From Balanoglossus misakiensis (Eukaryota; Animalia; Hemichordata): a DNA stretch of 64,000 nucleotides. Positions within the stretch are counted from its first letter, which is position 1. Every line of letters starts with the position of its first letter. Made by a program: the position numbers and the translations under genes. A model generated the notes under the pieces. That model was not told the origin of the DNA. It worked only from the letters and a program-made list of their open reading frames with translations, and made no database searches. Location: contig CM082586.2 in the NCBI GenBank assembly GCA_040954595.2, forward strand, positions 4,409,125-4,473,124. Direction: 5' to 3'. Of the stretch, positions 54,601-64,000 are shown in pieces.

Positions 54601-55504
54601 TACCCGTGTCATTTGAAGTTCTGAGATTTCATAAATACAGATGTGCTATGCCACTGGCCACAGAGGATAGCGTTTGAGGTTAACTGCCATAAACTAAAAT
54701 TGTCATAAGGCCATATTAAATTCAAACGTGCATTTCAGAGTGCATTAAAAGCTTGTGGACTTTTGCTTCATGTAACAGAGATTGACAAGTTGTATGCTTC
54801 CCAATTACACTTACCCGAACAACAACGTAGATAAACCAGAAATCCCGCATCCAAAACAAAATATATACTTCGGACCAAACTTCGCCATCTACAAAGAAGT
54901 TGTCAAACAAGACAGAATAATGAGTAATTATCCGAAAAACCTCTGCAGATTCTCTAGCTATTTATCCTCACATTTTACGTTAAGTTTTGTTACTCACACT
55001 TTTTCCTATTGGCGGAGAAACGATGAAGGACACCAAAGCGAAGCTTGCCAAGACGAACCCGACTGTTAGAGAGTTAACGCCTTTTCCCAGAGCCTGTAAT
55101 AGTTAAGCCATGCGTAGGTCATCAATGTGCCCTATATATCAGCCATGTTTGTGGCCATGTTCATTAGATATGTGCACCCCTCACAACATCCATATTTCAG
55201 CAAGATTCTCAAGCTGACAATCAATCAATCCATGTCGTTTCCAACTATGACTCGCATTCAATTTCAATTTAATCTGACGCTGATTCAAACACGCTTCTTT
55301 AATATTATTTCGCATAGATATTTCTGTCTGCCAGTACATGCTTGACTAGACTGTCGAGAAGCAAATAATAATGACGTGTATACTTACAACTTCTGGGTAG
55401 AACGGCGAAATGACGGAATAGCAGCACTTCAAGAAATATTTAGCGAAACACAAACAGGCTAAGGTGGCGTGTTTTCTTGCCCTTGAAATTTCCGCGTCGG
55501 CCAT
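51614..55504 (-). CDS. SLC18B1-like MFS transporter, copy B, 12 coding exons, reading frame intact
   Basis: ATG at 55504 (MADAEISRARKHATLACLCFAKYF...SPFYP). All 12 exons were traced in frame with GT-AG boundaries, with the same intron positions as copy A. TGA at 51616-51614. Confidence 0.88.
52483..52631. repeat. Long near-perfect palindrome (hairpin MITE-like) in intron 9 of SLC18B1-like copy B
   Basis: TTGTCTTATCCGCCATCTTGGAAACAAGGTGCATTGTGGGATAGAACTGGA pairs with TCCAGTTCTATCCCACAACGCACCTTGTTTCCAAGATGTCGGTTAAGACAA (core 52496-52617). Outer ends are GTATAGG / CCTATAC. Confidence 0.88.
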
Positions 55505-55678
55505 TGCGATAAAACGACGACAGGGTCGGGTAAATCTGCGGGACTGTTCTCAGTCACACTAGTAGCAGTCATTATATCACATTATATCAGGTATTTATTG
55601 AAAAGTGTTAATTAATTGATATTATTGCATATGAACTGCCGATTGCGTCGATGTTCCCTGCATCTGATTTTAATCAGA

Positions 55679-55780
55679 TTGGGGGCAACCGTTGCGTAAC
55701 ACCGGTAGTGGCTGGACAGTGCGTCAACTTTCGCTTTTGGGGGCAACCGTTGCGTAACACCGGTAGTGACTGGACAGTGC
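55679..55780. repeat. 44-bp direct repeat, 2 copies (period 58)
   Basis: TTGGGGGCAACCGTTGCGTAACACCGGTAGTG(G/A)CTGGACAGTGC at 55679 and 55737. Confidence 0.9.
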
Positions 55781-56370
55781 AGACGGTAGAAGTTGCAACT
55801 GGAAAATGACCTGAGGGCAGCGCTGCCCTCAGGGCAGCAGCAAATGGGTACACAACATTCAATGACGTCACAAAAAATAGTCCCGCGTAAGAACCCATGC
55901 GGCGAGTGCCAAGTCCTGGCTGCCAGTGTCCTGCATGCTGCAGATTACACCTCGTGTGGGATCCTACCGTTGTTGAAGGTAAGTTAAATTCCCGAAAGAT
56001 ATGTTGAAAATACATAATATATCAACACGTTCGTACTGACTACATTAGCAGAGTTGCATGGGCAATTAAATTTGCAAACGATGTTATTTTGTTAGTAATA
56101 TCTAATGGTTCGCAGCTGACCAGGCCCTCATGATGCATGCACGAGACATATATATTAAACATGACAGAAAAATTACAACTTCTTTAGAAATTCGTTGCAT
56201 AGTGAATATCCGATAATACCTCCATGTGTATATCTATCAATCTGCTCTGATCGTAGCAATATTAAGAGGTTATAACTTATAAACGGCAAGCTAGGCTATT
56301 TGGTTTTGAATATGAGACCTCTGGGGTAAAAATTAGCATATTTGGCAGGCGGGAAATACTACATGTAGTA

Positions 56371-57367
56371 ATCTGCCCTGAGGGCAACACTATATCTGAG
56401 CTGCCCTCAGGGCAGACATACATTTCATATGTTTATACATGTCATTGCATAGCATCTGCCCTGAGGGCAACACTATATCTGAGCTGCCCTCAGGGCAGAC
56501 ATACATTTCATATGTTTATACATGTCATTGCATAGCATCTGCCCTGAGGGCAACACTATATCTGAGCTGCCCTCAGGGCAGACATACATTTCATATGTTT
56601 ATACATGTCATTGCATAGCATCTGCCCTGAGGGCAACACTATATCTGAGCTGCCCTCAGGGCAGACATACATTTCATATGTTTATACATGTCATTGCATA
56701 GCATCTGCCCTGAGGGCAACACTATATCTGAGCTGCCCTCAGGGCAGACATACATTTCATATGTTTGTACATGTCATTGCATAGCATCTGCCCTGAGGGC
56801 AACACTATATCTGAGCTGCCCTCAGGGCAGACATACATTTCATATGTTTGTACATGTCATTGCATAGCATCTGCCCTGAGGGCAACACTATATCTGAGCT
56901 GCCCTCAGGGCAGACATTCATTTCATATGTTTATACACGTCATTGCATAGCATCTGCCCTGAGGGCAACACTATATCTGAGCTGCCCTCAGGGCAGACAT
57001 ACATTTCATATGTTTGTACATGTCATTGCATAGCATCTGCCCTGAGGGCAACACTATATCTGAGCTGCCCTCAGGGCAGACATACATTTCATATGTTTGT
57101 ACATGTCATTGCATAGCATCTGCCCTGAGGGCAACACTATATCTGAGCTGCCCTCAGGGCAGACATACATTTCATATGTATGTACATGTCATTGCATAGC
57201 ATCTGCCCTGAGGGCAACACTATATCTGAGCTGCCCTCAGGGCAGACATACATTTCATATGTATATATACATGTCATTGCATAGCATCTGCCCTGAGGGC
57301 AACACTATATCTGAGCTGCCCTCAGGGCAGACATTCATTTCATATGTACGTACATGTCATTGCATAG
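56371..57367. repeat. 83-bp tandem satellite, 12 copies, each with an internal 15-bp inverted repeat
   Basis: Unit ATCTGCCCTGAGGGCAACACTATATCTGAGCTGCCCTCAGGGCAGACATACATTTCATATGTTT(A/G)TACATGTCATTGCATAGC. Units start every 83 bp from 56371 to 57201, then at 57286. Confidence 0.97.
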
Positions 57368-57581
57368 TATATAGGCCAGGGTCATCATTTTACCCCTGTA
57401 TACCCATTAACTCAATTGAGCACTAGTGTGTTTTAAAAACTTCAAGTACAAGTGACAAGAACCAAGTTGTTTGTGAACAGTGATGTTTCTCTTCTTTTTA
57501 AACCTTATCAGGTACATAAATCTGTCATTGAATACACAATGTTGCTTATATTTTTTTTACTTATTTTAAAAGCTTTTCCAG

Positions 57582-59431
57582 ATAAAGATATATACAACGA
57601 AATGAATACCAAAGGTAAGTTTTTTCGCAGCCTGATGAATATTCCACTTCCTTAGTTGTGCTGTCAGTGATGCATATCTTGATATCAAAAAGTTGTTAAT
57701 TTTAAACTTTTTCCAGTGCAAGCTTTTTTTAAAAGCAGTGGTTCAAAAGTATACACGTTCCTATAGTTATCTAATTCAGATTTGTTGTGATGGAGTATGC
57801 GATTTTTATATCATTAATATGAGGTTTATTACACAAATACTGCAAAGTATGCACGAGGACATTTGCGCCAGTATCGCCCGATCGAAAAACCGCTCAGCTG
57901 AAACAGTGAGCAGCCATCTTTCTTTTTTGTTTACATGCGTTGGAGTGGGGGTGTCTTGAAACCGTCCGCACAACAGCGTATTCCTGTACACGCTGAGTTG
58001 GGGAGCCTTGAAACTTAAGGCATATTTAACACGCGTTCCGTACGTACCGTTCCGTACGGCTTTGTTAGATTTTATGACATGGTAATTTACCTCACCCTTG
58101 TCGCTTCCATATACACACTCGGTCATTAATTTTTTTAGAAAAAATAGCAGTTTTCCTTTTATTTTAGAAACAGTGCAGTGCCTATGGACATGTGAAGGAG
58201 GTGATAACACTATTCTTGGCAGTATTGGACCCCATACTATTACAGTGGGAACAATACGAACTTTGAAACCTGGAAACTGGCTGGTAGATAACGTAAGTTG
58301 TGTTGTAAATTTTAAAAAAAAGATTGTCACTGTTTATTGGCGTAAATTGTCATACAGTTATACTGGTGGTATCACTGCGTGTTTCAGCATGCGCTCAAAT
58401 GGATGTGGCCCATCATAACACATTACATAAGAATGCTGGTCATGACAATAGAACATTGTCACAATTATTACATTGTATTTTTATTTTTTTATAGGCTGTT
58501 GATGCATATCTGTTCTTATTGCAAAAAGCCTTGCCACAGTCTTCAGTAAGTCATCACTATAATATACTAATGCTCTTCACTGACTGTTTATATCTCTCAC
58601 CTGGAGCGTGAATCGTCAGTGGTACAAACAAAACAATTGAAATATGCATGGACACATACATGTATTCACTAGGCATTTAAGTTTCGTTTTTGTAAATCAA
58701 CGCTGCTTAATAAATGATCAGACCTGACCTCCAGGTGTCACCATGAAAACAAACACTGCTTGCTAAACTCTGATGATATTGCCCCATGTGTGAAACTCTG
58801 ATAACTGAATATTTTTATATAATATGCCCCCCCCCCCCCCTTCTATATATAAATAAATATATACACTGAATTCTCTCAACAGAATGCTGTTATACTACCC
58901 CATCACTTGTGTAGTGAAATAGTAATGGGAAAAAGGAAAACAGTTAAAAGGAAGAAAAAACTTGCGGTAGGATTTGCAGATCAAGTAGCCTTAGGTTACA
59001 AAATAACAAATTTTAGTAGTAGTTAGTAGTACCATCTCTTCTCACCAATAAAGGATATTTCGGGTTTCGGCAGCCTATTGTCTGTCAAGTGAAATAATTT
59101 GCTAAAGCTATTGTTAATTTGCAAAATAGGGTTGAGACACTGCCCATTGAATCATTTATCCTTGCTGCTAATCTGGGGTAATGGATCCGTAAGTGATTTG
59201 CTCAGATGATTTGAAAAGCAAAAAAAGAGCTCAGTTCGTTAAGATTTTCTCAGGTGTTTTCCTGACATGCACTAGTATTCATGTACAGATAACTAACCTT
59301 CATTTTGAAGATTCTTGGTGAATTTTGATATTTTTTATTTACGATTCTTGTATTTTTAATTGTAGGAACAAATAGCAGCAGCAGATAAAGTTGTAGGGGT
59401 TATTTACAACCCAGGCCACTGGACTGTCTTT
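57582..59431 (+). CDS. Partial small-exon gene encoding the N-terminal half of a Ulp1/SENP-like (peptidase C48) cysteine protease, truncated by the 59668 breakpoint
   Basis: AG/GT-bounded, phase-compatible exons at 57582-57614, 58168-58292, 58495-58545, 58883-58966 and 59366-59431. They translate to ...IRTLKPGNWLVDN|AVDAYLFLL...DKVVGVIYNPGHWTVF, matching the Ulp1 'L.P..WL.D..I..Y' and catalytic 'HW' motifs. Confidence 0.72.
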
Positions 59432-59667
59432 GTAAGTGCGATGAATTTGAATTTACAGACGGGTAGGGTTCTGATTGAATTTTGTTTGACCAAAGTTTGC
59501 TTGGAGACAAATTTTAATTAAGATTTTAATGCAGTAATTATGCAATTGATATACATAAGTCACCTTTACCTGTATCAATTCTAATTGAAATGATAACTCG
59601 GTTTCATTTGCTCTATCATTTTTACTTTTCATCAAATATGTCAATGTTTAGTGATGCGAAGAGGTTT

Positions 59668-62414
59668 CCTCCTGGATAACTTTGCTGAATACAGCTAACA
59701 TACAAAAATACAAACCAATTCAGGACCTCGCCATTGGTTTGGGCGAAGGTGAAATTCCTCAGGTGCAGTACCATCGGAAATGCCGAAGTCTCTTTACGAT
59801 GAAAAAGGCTCTTGAATCTATCCTTTCTAAAGAGCAGTCGTCATCAACTGAGGGAACCAATACACTGGAACGTAAAAAAGAGGTCGAGCATACAAGGGTC
59901 TCGGTGTGATCACATTTGCCTATTTTGCTCAAGCAGGTTCAAGTCATATGGAGGTTGATGAAAGTCAACATGATCAAGATACTAGTTATGAGGATGTCCT
60001 GCAAATTGCTCAAGAAGAGTTATTTTCTTTTATCAGAAATGATTTGTTCACAAACCCTGAGGTAGTTCCCCTGACTGATCTATCAAACAAGTTAGTTACC
60101 AAAATTGGTGTTAAACAGGTTAACAATTCCACCAACAAAACTTGCAGCATACGCTAAATACGGAATTCAAAGGGACAATGATGTAAATGGTAGGGTGCTT
60201 GTATATCCGTCTCACTAGATATAGGTACTGTTGACCTGAAGTACAATGCTGAAAAGAACTTCTTGCAGCAGAAAAACAATCACATGAAAGTATCATCACC
60301 ACATCTGCTCTAATCCTGCTTACGCTGCTTGAATATCAGGCCTTGTATAGTCCCTATAACACTTTCTATGATAGTGACCCTCAGCAGCAACCAACTCACG
60401 ACTGAGAAGTGCACGAATTTTACTGTCGTTTTTTCTTGTTGCTGCCTCCCTTAATGTGTTGTCCGCACGCAATTGCTGACAACGAACTAAATGAGCTCTT
60501 GTCCTACTTCCCTTCATGTACTTGGTGGTGGAGCAAAATAGGCAAATGTGATCACACCGAGACCCTTGTATGCTCGACCTCTTTTTTACGTTCCAGTGTA
60601 TTGGTTCCCTCAGTTGATGATGACTGCTCTTTAGAAAGGATAGATTCAAGAGCCTTTTTCATCGTAAAGAGACTTCGGCATTTCCGATGGTACTGCACCT
60701 GAGGAATTTCACCTTCGCCCAAACCAATGGCGAGGTCCTGAATTGGTTTGTATTTTTGTATGTTAGCTGTATTCAGCAAAGTTATCCAGGAGGCGTGATC
60801 TTGTAGAGTGACGAGGCCATTTTTTTTATTTATTATACTGGACCTGAATATAAATAGATCATGCTCATATTGTGTTGAGGAAAAAAAACAAGCAGATTTT
60901 TGAACCTATGCTTGGCCTGTCATCTGCTGTGCCTGTACACTGAAGGATGGTATCCAACAATAATACACAATCAGAGCTACAATGCTATAATGGCCCCTTC
61001 TCGTAGTATTGTTAGGAATCATCATACAAGTACAGTGCACATGAGCAGCATGCAAAGGTTCACAAATTTGCACATCCATTCTCCTAAACACCATATGTGC
61101 ATGATCAATTGGGTGTATACTTACCTGTTAGATGGCCAAACCTACCCCCAAATCCGTGGGAAATTGTTTGTTATTATCCCGTTTCTCTACTAATTTTTTT
61201 TTCTGATTGTAATTGAATAATAAGGTTTTCAATTGGTCTGAAAAAAAATCGTGTAGAGTATTTTATCTCATAAATGACATTTGAAGACTTGGGTTTAAAA
61301 AATTAATGCGGGAAATGTTCGTACCATAATTTTTCGAAATTACCCAAATCTTGTGATCTTTTGACCTCTTTGACCTAAATTCAAAACAAAATTGCAACAA
61401 ATACATATACAATCGCTAGAGTGCTAAAAAACACACAATTTGAGAGGTAGATGACTTTTCTGGCTTTATTTTTGCCGGAGTTACAACTACTACCCCAATA
61501 ACAGGGTCTGAAGTCTTGTGCCATTCTTCCGTATCTCTGTATTTGTGTTTTTCTGATCGTAATTGAATAATAGGGTTTTTTATTGGTTTGAAATAGATTC
61601 TGGGAGAGTATTTTATCTTCTAAATGACATTTAAAGACTTAAGTTCAAAAAAAATCGTTCAAGAAATAGTCATACTACAAATGTTCAGAATGACCCAAAT
61701 TTCATGACCTTTTGACCTCTATTGGCCTTAATTCAAAACGAATTACCACCAACATATATTATATTGGTAGAGTTCTAAAAAACACACAATTTGAGTGGTA
61801 GATGACTGTTCTGGGTTTATTTTTGCCGGAGTTACAAGAACTTAAGTTTCCCCTACCCTTAAATCTGAGTGGAAAATTGGATGTCTTTCTGTCGTTTCTC
61901 TTTATTTGTGTTTTTCTGGTCATAAATGAATAATAAGGTTTTCTATTGGTTTGAAATAGATTCTGGGAGAGTATTTTATCTTGTAAATGACATTTAAAGA
62001 CTTAAGTTCAAAAAAATCGTTCAAGAAATAGTCATACTACAAATGTTCAGAATGACCCGAATTTCATGACCTTTTGACCTCTATTGACCTCAATTCAAAA
62101 CGAATTACCACCAAAATATATTATTTTGGTAGAGTTCTAAAAAACACACAATTTGAGTGGTAAATGACTGTTCTGGCTTTAGTTTTGCTGGAGTTACAGC
62201 AATTTAAAGTTCCCCTACCCCCAAAATTTGGGTCGGAAATTTTTAGGTTCTTACATTAGTTTTTGAGGGAAAAAATGCAGAAAGCTACTCGATAGGCAGG
62301 GCTATCACCCCAATTTATAATCTAGAGATATAGGCCTTTCCAAAAATCTATGTGAGGCTTTGTCCATCTTTCTGATACCAATTTATGAAAAATCGGGTCC
62401 TGGCCCATGGACTA
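59668..62414. mobile_element. 5'-truncated copy of the Academ-like foldback element (within the duplication)
   Basis: Keeps the last 263 bp of the left arm, the spacer and the whole right arm, ending GGACTA|CAA at 62414. Confidence 0.85.
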
Positions 62415-62784
62415 CAAGGTGGGCATTGGCGGCGGGGTTGGCGGAAATGACGTCATGGGTGCGGAACTGCTGACAGCAAAGAAACGACTGATCAAATTGC
62501 TGCTGATAGTATTCTTGGCCTACTTCATTTGTTGGACACCGGCGATGACTTTCCAGTTATATCTCAATCTCGGGGGGTCCGGAAAAGTGTTTACCAGTTA
62601 CCGGATGAACTTTGTTCTCATGTCGTTCGCCAACTCCGTCATCAACCCGTTCATTTATGCGTTCAAGTACAGGCAATTCCGCACGGCTTTCTTGAAGAAG
62701 TTCTGCCCACACCTGCAGCGCCCAAAAAACGAAGTCGGCCCAGGTAATACAAGTTCACTGAACACCATTCGTGTCACTAATTAG
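62407..62784 (+). pseudogene. Duplicated GPCR 3' half (TM6-TM7 and tail) with no 5' half
   Basis: Identical to the 50561-50938 ORF. Confidence 0.88.
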
Positions 62785-63459
62785 AACTTGAACAACAAAT
62801 AAACTTGACAAGTCCAACAGGATTGAATCTCATTATTTATTCCAACGAGAACTAGCATGAACACGGAAACATATAATTTAATATTTAATGTACCGAGCTA
62901 TCAATATAAATAATATTTATATAATTTAATTCATAATTAGTTCATTTTAATATTGTGGAATTTCAATTTACATGTCGACTTATAACTTTGACAACATATC
63001 TGTTTAGATCATAAGCTCCTTGTAGCATTTCTATTTTATATTACTCATAGTGGTCCAGTATGTTATGTATACTTCTTATCTCATCCTGAAATTTAAATCT
63101 TATGCTTAATTAGTTAAGAACATTATAAAAGGTATAATAATTTTAATTGGATACCAGATAAGAATGTTTAGAAAATTAAGAATTTCACCACAGATTCTGA
63201 CTCGTGGTTATTATTATTTTCGACACTGTCGTTTTTTGCATTGTTTCTCTTTGATTTTATGTTAATAAACTGTCAAAAAATTACAAGAAACATGTATTAG
63301 ACAGTTCTTTTTTTCGCGTCAAACGAATAGGGCATATAAGCATAATAAAGCTTTTGACATGTGATGTCAATCAGTGGGTGGAGCTCAAATTCAAGTATAT
63401 GTGCACAGCTTGGGCAAAAACTTCCGAATGACGTCAGAGGTATCCAGGAGGTCAGAGTT

Positions 63460-63957
63460 TCAAGGGTTCGAATTCTGCACTGAGTCGTATGATTCAAACG
63501 AACGCTTAATGCTGCCTTCGACGTCGTCTGCTTCATCACTTTTTCGCACACCTTTAAAACATCTGTAATAGACGACGTATATGGCGTACAGAACGCAGGT
63601 TCCAGTTATTATCCAGGCAATGATAGTGCTACTTAAGGGGAACCCGTACTCGTCCATCAACGTTGCGCCAATAATTGGCCCGATAAACAGTCTGCAACAA
63701 TTTTATGAAAAATAGAAAAAACAAACAGGAATAATTCAATGCTATTGTATACATCCTTATCAATTACTATAGCCGATGTGTTGTACATGATTTACCGTTC
63801 TTACTCACCTCGTCAACGATTGCAATACCAATATGTTTATACATTTTGTATCTATACTGTTGAATCAAGACACATCACTTACCCGAAGTTATCTGCAAAG
63901 TAATACAGGCCTGATACGAGACCATACAACTTCACATTATCTTCGTAGCCATTCTCT
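63460..63957 (-). CDS. Last two exons of a duplicated SLC18B1-like copy B; the rest would lie beyond the window
   Basis: Exons 63957-63883 and 63691-63460 match 52111-52037 and 51845-51614. Confidence 0.8.
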
Positions 63958-64000
63958 CTGAAAGATTGATAGATATTGGACATTTATTTTATGGCGACAC

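Larger units (their letters stand above)
59668..64000 (+). repeat. Direct segmental duplication of 47822-52154 (offset 11,846 bp), running off the window
   Basis: Corresponding ORFs are identical at a constant offset of 11,846, and the homopolymer lengths I compared match. The junction reads GGTTT|CCTCCTGG versus TCACG|CCTCCTGG in the original. Confidence 0.95.

Noticed and set aside
56371-57367. CRISPR array (palindromic repeats at regular spacing)
   Set aside because: The intervening sequences are near-identical rather than unique spacers, there are no cas genes and the context is eukaryotic. It is a tandem satellite.
56765-57426. Cys/His-rich repeated ORFs
   Set aside because: They are translations of the 83-bp satellite, whose unit length is not a multiple of 3.
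57806-58330. 174-aa minus-strand ORF
   Set aside because: No recognisable motif. It overlaps an exon and intron of the better-supported plus-strand Ulp1-like gene.

Overview
Intron-rich, AT-rich animal genomic DNA, probably from a marine invertebrate (inferred; squalene synthase is present, which argues against insects and nematodes). No prokaryotic features, CRISPR arrays or RNA genes were seen. The left 45 kb is gene-dense: the 3' part of DLAT, two tandem SLC16/MCT transporters (-), TAF5L, FDFT1, two tandem MFSD13A/TMEM180 paralogs (-), SLC18B1-like copy A, and an NRF-6/OACYL acyltransferase. The right 19 kb is rearranged. An intronless class A GPCR is split in intracellular loop 3 by a 4,434-bp palindromic, Academ-like DNA transposon. 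This element has TAGTCC...GGACTA ends, a CAA target duplication and ~1.9-kb inverted arms that each carry the transposase N-terminus. Next come SLC18B1-like copy B (-), a 12-copy 83-bp satellite built of nested palindromes, and a Ulp1/SUMO-protease-like gene in small exons that the ORF track largely misses. A breakpoint at 59668 cuts that gene and starts an apparently identical copy of 47822-52154. Several small MITEs and intronic hairpins are also present. All family assignments come from motif recognition by eye, not from database searches.
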